Translations under genes and position numbers: made by a program | The notes under the pieces: generated by a model | Databases searched by the model: none | Seen by the model: the letters and a program-made list of their open reading frames with translations, nothing else | What the model was told of the DNA's origin: nothing | Part shown: positions 48,181 to 57,498 of the stretch, piece by piece | Position numbering within the stretch: position 1 is the first letter of the stretch | How the letters are laid out: each line of letters starts with the position of its first letter | Source: a bacterium | GTDB lineage: Bacteria; Patescibacteriota; Minisyncoccia; Moranbacterales; UBA2206 | DNA length: 64,000 nt | Reading direction: 5' to 3' | NCBI GenBank assembly: GCA_030654225.1 | Contig: JAURXY010000026.1 | Location: forward strand, 10,448-74,447

Positions 48181-48938
48181 GCAAACTAATTATAGGAAAT
48201 TTAAAGATGAATATTTTGTCTCCTGCCCAGCAGGAACAATATTTAAGTTTGTTCAAAAAAGAATTGACTGGCAAAAAGATAAATAACTGTGAGCTTATTC
48301 TTTGCCCGCCAGCTATTCATTTGCCGGGATTCCAAAAAGCTAAGATAAAAAAAATAATTCTCGGAGCGCAAAATATGTTTTGGGAAGAAAAAGGTTCTTA
48401 TACCGGAGAAATTTCTCCAGCAATGCTCAAAAATTTTGATTGCGCTTATGTGATTTTGGGACACAGCGAAAGAAGGAGATATTTTTGTGAGCGAGATGAG
48501 GAAGTGAATTTGAAAGTTATTTCAGCTCTCAAAAATGGCCTGAAGCCAGTCCTTTGTGTGGGAGAAAATGGAGAGCAAAAAAAAGAAGGATCGAAAGTTG
48601 TTTTGCAACAGTTGGAAAATTGTCTTGCGAATATTAGTCGAGGAAAAATTGAAAATGTGGTTATCTGTTATGAACCAGTGTGGGCAATAAGTTCTAATAA
48701 TCCAGATCATTTGCCTTCGGCTAATGATATAATGAGTGCTAAACTTTTAATTAGAAAATTTTTAGTAGGAAAATATGGAGTCAAACTTGCTGAAAAAGTG
48801 AAGATAATTTATGGTGGTTCAGTCTCAGCTAGTATTACTAAGGAAGTTTGTTTGGAACCAGGAATGGACGGAGTCTTGATTGGCAGAGAAAGTTTGGCGC
48901 CACATGAGTTTGTTAAGATAGCAAGCTTGCTAAATTAG
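48177..48938 (+). CDS. tpiA: triose-phosphate isomerase
   Basis: GHSERR, catalytic region YEPVWAI. Confidence 0.9.
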   Translation: MSKLIIGNLKMNILSPAQQEQYLSLFKKELTGKKINNCELILCPPAIHLPGFQKAKIKKIILGAQNMFWEEKGSYTGEISPAMLKNFDCAYVILGHSERRRYFCERDEEVNLKVISALKNGLKPVLCVGENGEQKKEGSKVVLQQLENCLANISRGKIENVVICYEPVWAISSNNPDHLPSANDIMSAKLLIRKFLVGKYGVKLAEKVKIIYGGSVSASITKEVCLEPGMDGVLIGRESLAPHEFVKIASLLN

Positions 48939-48967
48939 TTTGAAGATATAAATATAAATTAATTTTT

Positions 48968-49047
48968 ACTAATTACTAATTTTATACGAATATACTAATA
49001 AAAAATTTGTACATTCGTATATTAGTAAGTGATTAGTAATTCGTAAA
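48968..49047. repeat. TACGAAT/ATTCGTA palindromic intergenic repeat, copy h
   Basis: about 85 percent identical to 16489-16575. Confidence 0.7.
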
Positions 49048-49050
49048 GTT

Positions 49051-49911
49051 ATGATTACATCAGTCAAAGAAATTCTAACTAAAGCCAGAGAAGGGGGATA
49101 TGCCGTGGGAGCGTTTAATACGGTTAATTTAGAAACTACCCGAGCGATTGTGGATGCTGCCAAAGAAATGCGTTCACCAGTGATCATTCAAATTACAGAA
49201 AAAACGATGGAATATGCTGGAGGTCGGATGATTTATAATATCGTAAAAAATGATGTTGAATTTTATGCGCCGGAAATTCCCGTGGGAATTCATCTCGATC
49301 ATGGCAAAAGTTTTGAGGCTGTTGAGCGTTGTGAGGAAATTGGTTTTGGTTCAGTAATGTATGATGGTTCCAGAGCAAAATTTGAAGATAATGTGAGAAA
49401 CACTAAAAAAGTGGTAGAATATTGCCACGAAAAAGGTGTGGATGTCCAAGGGGAACTTGGTAGCGTTCTTTATATCGGAGAAACAGAAGGAGGGACAATC
49501 GATTGGGATAAAAACATGACTGATCCTCAAAAAGCAGTGGAATTTGTAAAAAGTACTGGAGTAGATGCGTTAGCAGTAGCCATCGGTAATTCTCATGGTT
49601 TCCTTAAGGAAAGGTCAGAACCAGATTTTGAAAGATTGAAAAAAATAAATGAACTTTGTAATATCCCGCTCATTCTTCACGGTGCTTCAGATTGGGAGGA
49701 TGGAAAAGTTGTCGAAGCTATTAAAAATGGCATATCTTGTTTTAATGTTGATACTGCTATTCGAGTAGCGTTTGTTAGTAGTCTGATTAATTCTTTGAAG
49801 GGTGGTAGCACCAATTTTGATGTTAGAAAAATTCTAGAAGGAGCCAGAGAATCAGTCAAGGAAACGGTGAAACAAAAAATAAAATATTTCGGAAGTGAGG
49901 GTAAGGCCTAA
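49051..49911 (+). CDS. fba: class II fructose-bisphosphate aldolase
   Basis: VGAFN; IHLDHG; Zn ligands. Confidence 0.9.
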   Translation: MITSVKEILTKAREGGYAVGAFNTVNLETTRAIVDAAKEMRSPVIIQITEKTMEYAGGRMIYNIVKNDVEFYAPEIPVGIHLDHGKSFEAVERCEEIGFGSVMYDGSRAKFEDNVRNTKKVVEYCHEKGVDVQGELGSVLYIGETEGGTIDWDKNMTDPQKAVEFVKSTGVDALAVAIGNSHGFLKERSEPDFERLKKINELCNIPLILHGASDWEDGKVVEAIKNGISCFNVDTAIRVAFVSSLINSLKGGSTNFDVRKILEGARESVKETVKQKIKYFGSEGKA

Positions 49912-49948
49912 TCACTAATTTACACTAATATAACACCAATTTTCACGA

Positions 49949-50398
49949 ATGATTAAGAAAACAATACAGAATATAATTTTAGAGTTTGAACCTGAGGCTA
50001 AGAATATTTTACCGGCGCTGAAAAAAATTAGCGCCGTTTTTGGTTATGTGAGCGAAGAAGATGTCAAAATAATGGCTGAATATTTTGGTGTGTCGGAAAG
50101 TAAGATTTTTGAAACCGCTAGTTTTTATGATGAAATTAAAACTGAAAAACAGCCGGAGATTCTAATTCAAATCTGCAATTCAGCTAACTGCACAGTAAAC
50201 AATTCTTTTTCAATAATTTCTGAGGTTGAAAATTTTCTAAAAATAAAAGCAGGAAGCTCGGCCAGTTCGAAATTTAAGCTGGAAGAAATTAGCTGTCTTG
50301 GGCGTTGCGCTGACGGTCCGGTGATGGTGGTAAATGGAAAAATATTTGAGCGAGTGACGAAGAGTTCATTACATGGGATATTGGGAGAGTATTTATAA
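49949..50398 (+). CDS. NuoE/HoxE-like [2Fe-2S] subunit
   Basis: Cx4C ... CxxxC (ICNSANC ... CLGRCADGP). Confidence 0.8.
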   Translation: MIKKTIQNIILEFEPEAKNILPALKKISAVFGYVSEEDVKIMAEYFGVSESKIFETASFYDEIKTEKQPEILIQICNSANCTVNNSFSIISEVENFLKIKAGSSASSKFKLEEISCLGRCADGPVMVVNGKIFERVTKSSLHGILGEYL

Positions 50399-50419
50399 AA
50401 TTACAAAATTAAAAATTCT

Positions 50420-51643
50420 GTGAAGGATATAAAAATTATAACTGAATACTGGGGCAAAATAAATCCTTTGAAAATAGAGGACTATATTAATGTTGGAGGA
50501 TACACGGCCTTGGAAAAATTTGTTTCGAAAATGAATCCAGAAAAGGCAATTGAGGAGATTCAAAAGTCTGGTCTTTGTGGGCGCGGTGGTGCGGGTTTTC
50601 CAATGGGAGATAAATTGGGAATGGTAGCAAAACAAACTGGAGAGAAATATTTCATCTGCAACCTTGAAGAATCAGAACCGGGGACATATAAGGATAGATT
50701 GGTTGTGGATAATAATCCGCATTTGCTTTTGGAAGGAATTATAATTTCTGCACTTTCGATTGGTGCTCAAAAAGCCTATATCTACATCAATGGGAATTAT
50801 GAAAAGCAAAAAGAAATTTTGGAGATTGTAATTTTGCAAGCGAAAGAAAAAAAATATTGGGGAGAAAATATTTTGGGTTCGAAATTTAGTTTAGAAATAG
50901 AAATTTTTTCTGGCGCCGGTGCATATATTTGTGGAGAAGAAACGGCGCTCATAAATTCTATTGAGGGTAATCGCGGAGAGCCAAAAATTCGTCCACCATT
51001 TCCAACTTCGGCTGGACTTTTCGGTTGTCCAACCGCCGTGAGTAATGCAGAAACAATTTCTAATATTCCCTGGATAATTTCTAATGGTGGGAAGAAGTAT
51101 TCAATTATTGGCTCAAAAAATTCCCCTGGGACAAAGCTTTTTCTTTTGAATGGTGCTGTAGCAAAGCCAGGGTGCTATGAAGCACCAACCGGAATAACAG
51201 TTAAAAAATTAATTGACGATTACGCTGGCGGAATAAAAAGAGGTAAAGAATTTTGGTTTGCGCAAATTGGTGGCGCTTGTGGAAAATTACTTTTAGAAAA
51301 AGAACTAAAAGCTAAAATGGAATTTGGCAAAGAATGTGAATGTTCGCTAGGCTCCGGATCAATTTTAGTGGTGGATAAAAGTGTCAATATTCATGACCTC
51401 CTTATTTCTTGGACAGATTTTTTTCGTCGAGAATCTTGTGGAAAATGTGTACCTTGTCGAGAAGGAACTTTTCGGCTGTGGGAAATAGCTAAAAGATTTC
51501 GTGACGGTGAAATTTCCGATCGCGACAAAGAAGCGATTCAAGATATTTTATGGACACTGGACAATACGACTTTTTGCCCATTGGGAAAATTCGCCGGAAC
51601 CGCGTTTCGGGATGCAGTGGGAAAAGGTATAGTGAAATTTTAA
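50420..51643 (+). CDS. NuoF/HoxF-like NAD(H)/FMN-binding subunit
   Basis: GRGGAGFPMG; 4Fe-4S ESCGKCVPCREG. Confidence 0.85.
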   Translation: MKDIKIITEYWGKINPLKIEDYINVGGYTALEKFVSKMNPEKAIEEIQKSGLCGRGGAGFPMGDKLGMVAKQTGEKYFICNLEESEPGTYKDRLVVDNNPHLLLEGIIISALSIGAQKAYIYINGNYEKQKEILEIVILQAKEKKYWGENILGSKFSLEIEIFSGAGAYICGEETALINSIEGNRGEPKIRPPFPTSAGLFGCPTAVSNAETISNIPWIISNGGKKYSIIGSKNSPGTKLFLLNGAVAKPGCYEAPTGITVKKLIDDYAGGIKRGKEFWFAQIGGACGKLLLEKELKAKMEFGKECECSLGSGSILVVDKSVNIHDLLISWTDFFRRESCGKCVPCREGTFRLWEIAKRFRDGEISDRDKEAIQDILWTLDNTTFCPLGKFAGTAFRDAVGKGIVKF

Positions 51644-51803
51644 TTTTTACAGAATTAACTCGAAGGCTGATTTTGTAGCAAAAAAATTCCCTCAATCGAC
51701 GGCGTCCAATGGAATTTTTTTAACAAAAGCAACCTTCTCAAACAGGAATTCTATAAAAATTAAAAATTTCACTATTAAAAAATAAAAGATAAGGAGTGAA
51801 AAT

Positions 51804-52838
51804 ATGAATATAAAAATAAACGGAAAAATTTACGAGGCAAAAGCAGGTGAAGCAATATTTGCGGTTTGCAAAAAAAATGGGATAAAAGTTCCGACTTTGT
51901 GTTCGACGAAAAAATTTCAAGAAGGGGTATGTCGAATTTGTGTGGTTGAGATAGGCGGAAGATTGGTGACTTCTTGCAATACAAAAGTTTGCGAAGGGAT
52001 GGAAATTGTAACTGAAAGTGAAAAGATTGAAAAAGCACGGCGGATTAATCTGGAACTTTTGTGGGCGGATCACGCTGGGAAATGCGCGACTTGCAAAAAA
52101 AATCAAATGTGCGAATTGCAAAATTTAGCCTTGGAATATAAGATTGAAAATTTTCATTTCATTCCGAGAAAGGGTGAAATAACAGGCGCGGAAGAATTGG
52201 ATTTGATCAAAGATAATTGGTCTCGCGTGGTGGTAGAAAATGAAAATCCCTGCATATCCAGAAATAGCGAGCTTTGTATTGAATGTCGCAGATGTATCAA
52301 TATTTGCCCAGAGAAAAAATTTGGCTTTAACTATCGTGGTAATTCTGTGGTGGTGGGAACTCCTTATGAAAAAGTTTTGGATTGCAGTTTTTGTGGAAAA
52401 TGTGTAGAGGCGTGTCCTACGGGAGCGCTCACGGATCAAAATAATTATTTGAAAATCGTGGAAGATCTGGATAATCTTGAAAAATTTTCAGTGGCTGTTT
52501 TAGATCTCGGAATAGAAGAAAAAATATTAAAGGCGATGGGAAAAATAAGCCCAGAGAAGGATTTGAATAAATTGCTAATCAATTTAGGTTTTGAGAAGAT
52601 TGTAAAATTAGGAAAAGAAAATTTGAAAATTGAATTTGTGAAAAATATTAAAGATGAATATTCCAGAACCAAAAAAATAAATCAGCAAGATATTGTGGTA
52701 TTTTTCATTTCTTCAAGGATTTATGAGAAAGCTAAGCGAGATAAAAATTTGGATTATATTCTAAGTGAAAGGGAAGTGGCGAGATTGGTTAGAGATAAGG
52801 AGAAAATAAAGATAGGAAAAATTCACCCTATTAAATAA
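51804..52838 (+). CDS. NuoG-N-terminal/HoxU-like [2Fe-2S]+[4Fe-4S] subunit with about 110-aa Cys-free C-terminal extension
   Basis: 2Fe-2S Cys; CIECRRC, CSFCGKC clusters; SD GGAG. Confidence 0.75.
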   Translation: MNIKINGKIYEAKAGEAIFAVCKKNGIKVPTLCSTKKFQEGVCRICVVEIGGRLVTSCNTKVCEGMEIVTESEKIEKARRINLELLWADHAGKCATCKKNQMCELQNLALEYKIENFHFIPRKGEITGAEELDLIKDNWSRVVVENENPCISRNSELCIECRRCINICPEKKFGFNYRGNSVVVGTPYEKVLDCSFCGKCVEACPTGALTDQNNYLKIVEDLDNLEKFSVAVLDLGIEEKILKAMGKISPEKDLNKLLINLGFEKIVKLGKENLKIEFVKNIKDEYSRTKKINQQDIVVFFISSRIYEKAKRDKNLDYILSEREVARLVRDKEKIKIGKIHPIK

Positions 52839-52863
52839 ATTTTAAATTTTTAGCCAAATTTAC

Positions 52864-53085
52864 ATGCAGTATGTTTATGTCTTGAAAAGTAAAAAAGATA
52901 ATAAAAATTATGTAGGTTATACTAAAAATTTAAAATTAAGATTTGAGCAACATAACAAAGGACTGGTGCTTTCTACTAAAAATAGAATACCACTAAGTCT
53001 TATATATTATGAAGCTTGCCTAAATCAACAAGATGCTACTAAAAGAGAAAAGTATCTAAAACTATTTACGGCAAGCGATATATAA
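52864..53085 (+). CDS. GIY-YIG nuclease family small protein (YhbQ-like)
   Basis: YVYVLKS ... YVGYT ... RFEQH ... KRE motifs. Confidence 0.7.
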   Translation: MQYVYVLKSKKDNKNYVGYTKNLKLRFEQHNKGLVLSTKNRIPLSLIYYEACLNQQDATKREKYLKLFTASDI

Positions 53086-53117
53086 AAAGTAGGCTCAAAT
53101 CTTATTTAATAGGGTAA

Positions 53118-53324
53118 ATGTGTCTCGCAATTCCAGCAAAAATTATAAAAATCAACGGTCAACTGGCGATAGTTGATTTTCAGGGTGCAAAAAAAGAAAT
53201 AAATATCAGCATTGTGGATGTTAAGGTTGGTGATTATGTGATGGTACACGCTGGTTTTGCGATTGAGAAGATGGAGAAAGATAATGTGAAAGAAATTAAC
53301 GCCTACTTAAAAAATGGAATCTAA
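53118..53324 (+). CDS. hypC: hydrogenase maturation factor HypC
   Basis: MCLAIP N-terminus. Confidence 0.85.
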   Translation: MCLAIPAKIIKINGQLAIVDFQGAKKEINISIVDVKVGDYVMVHAGFAIEKMEKDNVKEINAYLKNGI

Positions 53325-54354
53325 GAAAATCATAAAAAGTATTTGGGAGAAAGCACAAAAAATTAATCGATCACTTCGATTTATGGAACTTTGTGGAACG
53401 CATTCAGAAAGTATTGCTAAACATGGGATAAAAAATATTTTACCAAAAAATATAAAACTCATTACCGGACCTGGCTGTCCGGTTTGCGTCACTGATCAAA
53501 GTGAAATTGATATTGTCACGGGACTAGCGCTCGCTGGAATTCCAATTGCTTGCTATGGAGACGCCACTAACATTCCTGGAAGTTTAGGTAGCTTGGAAAA
53601 TGCTCGGCAAAATGGTGCGCAAGTTTTCATTGTTTATGATGTGGCAGAAGCCATTGAAATTTCCAAAAAAATTTCCAATTTGGTTTTTTGGGGAATTGGT
53701 TTTGAAACAACCACTTCGATGACAGCATGGGGGATTAAAAACAATCTTACAGTTTTTTCTTCCCACAAACTTTTTCCGCCAGCTATGGAAGCGTTGATGG
53801 CAAACAAAAAAATTAGAGTTGATGGCTTTATCAATCCGGGTCATGTGAGTGCTATTATCGGAACGAAAGTTTATGAAAAATTCCAAATACCACAAGTGAT
53901 TGCTGGCTTTGGCGCAGAGGACGTTCTTCTGGCGATTGAAATGCTTTTGGATCAAATAATTTCTGGAGAAAAAAAAGTGGAAAATGAATATGCGAGACTG
54001 GTGAAAAAGGAAGGCAATATAAAAGCGAGAAAATTAATTTCAGAAGTTTTTGAAATCAGAAATGCTTCTTGGCGAGGTTTGGGAGAAATCAAAAATTCCG
54101 GATTGAAAATTCGAAAAAAATATCAGCATCTTGACGCTGAATTTATCCATCGAGATTTGATTGCGAAAATAAAAAAAGAAATTAAACCAAGAAAAAGTAT
54201 CTGTCGTTGTGGAGAAGTTTTGCAAGGATTGATTGAATCAAAGCAATGTAAATTATTTGGAAAATCTTGCACGCCTGACAATCCTCAAGGTGCTTGCATG
54301 GTTTCGAGGGAAGGGAGTTGTAATATTGAGTACAGATTTATGTCATTCCCGTGA
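53314..54354 (+). CDS. hypD: hydrogenase maturation factor HypD
   Basis: CGTHS ... GPGCPVC motifs; last 4 codons and stop lie inside MITE TIR. Confidence 0.85.
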   Translation: MESKKIIKSIWEKAQKINRSLRFMELCGTHSESIAKHGIKNILPKNIKLITGPGCPVCVTDQSEIDIVTGLALAGIPIACYGDATNIPGSLGSLENARQNGAQVFIVYDVAEAIEISKKISNLVFWGIGFETTTSMTAWGIKNNLTVFSSHKLFPPAMEALMANKKIRVDGFINPGHVSAIIGTKVYEKFQIPQVIAGFGAEDVLLAIEMLLDQIISGEKKVENEYARLVKKEGNIKARKLISEVFEIRNASWRGLGEIKNSGLKIRKKYQHLDAEFIHRDLIAKIKKEIKPRKSICRCGEVLQGLIESKQCKLFGKSCTPDNPQGACMVSREGSCNIEYRFMSFP

Positions 54355-54435
54355 AAACGGGAATCTAGTCATAAAAATGTTTTTATCGCGATAAATTTAA
54401 TTTCTACACTAGATCCCCGCATTCGCGAGGATGAC
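54342..54435. mobile_element. MITE-like element A2 (TIRs GTCATTCCCGTGAAAACGGGAATCTAGT / ACTAGATCCCCGCATTCGCGAGGATGAC)
   Basis: same architecture as 44343-44462; lies between hypD and hypE, overlapping the hypD stop. Confidence 0.65.
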
Positions 54436-54442
54436 AAACTTT

Positions 54443-55450
54443 ATGAATAAAATAATTGAATTAGAAATGGGCGGAGGAGGAAAAAAATCGGAAGAACTTA
54501 TTGGAAACATAAGGAAAATTTTGAATGTTCGTGGAAAATGGAAAAACACTAAGGATGATGGGGCGGTTTTTGACTTGAGTAGAGACGCAAAATTTTGCGT
54601 CTCTACGGGGGGTAATAAGTTGGTGTTTACCACCGATGCTTTTATTGTTGACCCACTGTTTTTTCCGGGAGGGGATATTGGAAAAATTGCGATTTGCGGA
54701 ACGTTAAATGATCTTTCGGTTATGGGCGCTAAGCCGATTGGAATTTCACTCAGTATTGTAATCGAAGAAGGATTTTTGCAAAACGATTTGGAAAAAATAA
54801 TTCAGTCTATAAATAAAATTTCGAAAGTTACAGGCGTTCCGATTGTGACGGGGGACACAAAGGTGACAGAAAAAGGCAAGATAGATAAAATTGAAATTAC
54901 CACTTCGGGAGTAGGGCTCGCTTCAAAAATAATTTCTAATGATGGCGCAAAAGTGGGGGATGATATAATCGTTTCTGGCGATCTTGGTGAGCACGCAGTA
55001 GCGCTTTTGGCCAAGAGATTTAACTATCAAACAAAAATAAAAAGCGATTGTCAACCGCTCATTGCCGAAATTCAAAGTGTAGCTAAATATCTTACTTCTT
55101 GCAAGGATCCAACGCGTGGCGGACTGTCCGCTGTGCTAAATGAAATGGCGGAAAAATCCAAAACTAAATTTGTTTTAGATGAAAAAAATTTACCATTTAA
55201 AAAAGAAACTGTGGCAATTTCAGAACTTCTTGGCATTGATTTTTTTTCTTTTCCATCAGAAGGAAGGTTTGTGGCGACAGTGGCGAGAAAAAATTCCAAG
55301 AGAGTTGTTGAAATTTTGAAAAAATATAATAAATCTGCTAGAATAATTGGAGAAGTGCAAAGGGGCAAAGAAGTTTGGCTGAAAACCAAAATTGGATCTG
55401 TCAAAAAAATTGAAGTGCCAAGAGGAAAATTAATTCCACGGATTTGCTAA
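54443..55450 (+). CDS. hypE: hydrogenase maturation factor HypE
   Basis: DPLFFPGGDIGKIAICGTLNDL; contains in-frame REP-like palindrome. Confidence 0.85.
   Translation: MNKIIELEMGGGGKKSEELIGNIRKILNVRGKWKNTKDDGAVFDLSRDAKFCVSTGGNKLVFTTDAFIVDPLFFPGGDIGKIAICGTLNDLSVMGAKPIGISLSIVIEEGFLQNDLEKIIQSINKISKVTGVPIVTGDTKVTEKGKIDKIEITTSGVGLASKIISNDGAKVGDDIIVSGDLGEHAVALLAKRFNYQTKIKSDCQPLIAEIQSVAKYLTSCKDPTRGGLSAVLNEMAEKSKTKFVLDEKNLPFKKETVAISELLGIDFFSFPSEGRFVATVARKNSKRVVEILKKYNKSARIIGEVQRGKEVWLKTKIGSVKKIEVPRGKLIPRIC
54579..54606. repeat. REP-like 28-bp palindrome copy 3, in-frame inside hypE (encodes RDAKFCVST)
   Basis: exact copy of 29806-29833. Confidence 0.9.
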
Positions 55451-55502
55451 GATAGTTGTTCTTTAAAAATTTAACAAACATATTTTGCCACAACATAAAA
55501 AG

Positions 55503-55531
55503 TGTCTTTGATAATCTCAAAGATTTTTTTT
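55503..55531 (+). terminator. rho-independent terminator after hypE
   Basis: TCTTTGA-TAATC-TCAAAGA + T8. Confidence 0.7.
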
Positions 55532-56009
55532 GTGCTGTGGCAAAATTGAAAATAAACAATATGACAATAAATTTAATTTGAGAGGAAGTTGGATTATTAT
55601 GAAAATGATTACGGGAATTACTATGAATCAAACCCACACATTCTTAAGTGCTCTTGGGACTGGTGCAGATTGGGTTTATTTAGAAAAAAAATTCAGTTTA
55701 CAATGTATTTCTGAAAGCATAGAGAAAAACCCAAAAGTTGCAGGGAGTTTATTTACTGAATTTGTGTTAAGAAAAGAAATAAAGCAGGAAAAACAAAAAA
55801 ATAAGGAAAAAGTTTTTTCAAGTAGTGAATCCATAATATTTTCGAATAAAATATTGAGATTGATCGCTGAGAATATTCAATGGGAAAGAATTGATTTTAA
55901 TAGGGATCAAATCCAATACAGGATTATTCGTAATACTGTTGGGTCTGGTAAGGCATTTACCGAATTTTTGATAAGCCTTATGACCAACCCTGATTTAGAA
56001 TTAGTTTAA
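55530..56009 (+). CDS. hypothetical protein
   Basis: ORF only; true start may be at the internal Met near 55602. Confidence 0.35.
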   Translation: MCCGKIENKQYDNKFNLRGSWIIMKMITGITMNQTHTFLSALGTGADWVYLEKKFSLQCISESIEKNPKVAGSLFTEFVLRKEIKQEKQKNKEKVFSSSESIIFSNKILRLIAENIQWERIDFNRDQIQYRIIRNTVGSGKAFTEFLISLMTNPDLELV

Positions 56010-56123
56010 TTCAAAATCAGCCAGTTATTTTTATTTTTTCAACGGAAGTTGGCAAACTCGCCACAACGCTTTCCGGATTGGGCGAAAACAATCCGGAGCC
56101 TCTACGAAATCGCATGGGGCTTT

Positions 56124-57437
56124 TTATTTTCCCAAAAGATAATAAACGATTTGCCCAAAAGAAAGTCCGGCGTCGCCACGGGGTATATTTTTATTGGCAT
56201 AAGCTCCTTTAGAAATAAGATACTCGGAAATTATTTTATTATTGGCAATGCCGCCAGCGATAAAAATATTGTCATGAGCAAATGCAGGTTCAGGTATCTT
56301 GCCTGAACATTTTATTTCTGGAAAAATTTTATTTAAATTGCTAAATTTAAGTTTATCAGAACTTTGCGGTTTAATCGGGACGATTGAACCTGCATTATTA
56401 TAGCATTTTAGTTTTATTATTTTATACAAGCCATTGACTATATAAAGTTGAGCAGTGGCGGCAAGACGATGCTTATCTTTTTTATGTAAGTATTTAATTA
56501 CGTAATTAAATAAATAAGTAGTATCTAAAATATATTCATCTTCCGAAATTGTTATTTTTGGTTTTAAATCAGAATAAGGTTTAGCTGAATTTTTTTCTAG
56601 TAAATCAATGGGTTCATGCTTGTATTTTCGGGCATTCCCACAAAAACCTAAAAGTAAAGAAACAGCATCCAAAACTCTTCCAGCGCTAGAAGTTTCGAGG
56701 CAATTGAAATTTTGTTGAAGCTGATTATATATAAGTTCAAATTCGTTTTTGGTGTAGAATTTTTTGACGAAATTATAAATATTTTTTTTGTGTTGTATCT
56801 CGCCCTTACCCTCTCCTGTCGCGAGTACGCGACATCCTCTCCCAAAGGGAGAGGAGGAATCTGAAAAAAGTTTATATAAAACTCCAATGAGCATTCTGGC
56901 TGGCTCTCGTACAGCCAAATCCCCACCAACCATAACCTGATTTTCCAAATGCCCAATTCGTTTTACGCTTTCTACTTTATTCTTTCTACTTTCTACTTGA
57001 AAGATTTCTCCGCCCCAAATTTTTTCATCTACTCCAAAACCAGTACCATCTATAGCGATTCCATAAAAAGTAGAAGGTAGTAAGTAGGAAGTATTATGCA
57101 AAATTTTGTCTCCAATAGAAGAAAATATGTGAGCGAGGTGATGTTGAATAAAAAGGTGTTTCACTTTATATTTTTTGGCGAGTTTCTCTCCCCAAATAGT
57201 GGTTTTATATAGCGGATGAAGGTCAGTGAGAATTATTTGCGGTTTAATTTTTTGTTTTTTCAAATATTGCAAAACTTCTTTTTGATACCTTTCCCAATTT
57301 TCTTCTTCCAATAAATCCCCAAAATCATCCGAAAAAAATATTTTTCCATCACGAAAAACCGAAAAATTCCCAGCCGATTCAGCGCCGAGAGCTAAAATGG
57401 ATATATTTCTTTTGTATCCAAGGGAAATTGTTTGCAT
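56124..57437 (-). CDS. hypF: HypF C-terminal (Kae1/TsaD-like carbamoyltransferase) domain protein; lacks acylphosphatase, Zn-finger and YrdC domains
   Basis: LALGAESAGNFSV, TDLHP, QHHLAHI, IAIDGTGFGVDEKIWGGE; start trimmed to MQTISLGYK. Confidence 0.75.
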   Translation of the reverse strand: MQTISLGYKRNISILALGAESAGNFSVFRDGKIFFSDDFGDLLEEENWERYQKEVLQYLKKQKIKPQIILTDLHPLYKTTIWGEKLAKKYKVKHLFIQHHLAHIFSSIGDKILHNTSYLLPSTFYGIAIDGTGFGVDEKIWGGEIFQVESRKNKVESVKRIGHLENQVMVGGDLAVREPARMLIGVLYKLFSDSSSPFGRGCRVLATGEGKGEIQHKKNIYNFVKKFYTKNEFELIYNQLQQNFNCLETSSAGRVLDAVSLLLGFCGNARKYKHEPIDLLEKNSAKPYSDLKPKITISEDEYILDTTYLFNYVIKYLHKKDKHRLAATAQLYIVNGLYKIIKLKCYNNAGSIVPIKPQSSDKLKFSNLNKIFPEIKCSGKIPEPAFAHDNIFIAGGIANNKIISEYLISKGAYANKNIPRGDAGLSFGQIVYYLLGK

Positions 57438-57498
57438 ATATGTGATTTCAGTATATAATATTATTAGGATAAAATAAACAATAAAAACAAAATAATAA

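Noticed and set aside
49949-52838. Calling these respiratory complex I subunits nuoE/F/G
   Set aside because: No nuoA-D or H-N nearby, and the third protein is only the N-terminal Fe-S module (HoxU-like). The adjacent hyp genes argue for a hydrogenase-type diaphorase context instead.
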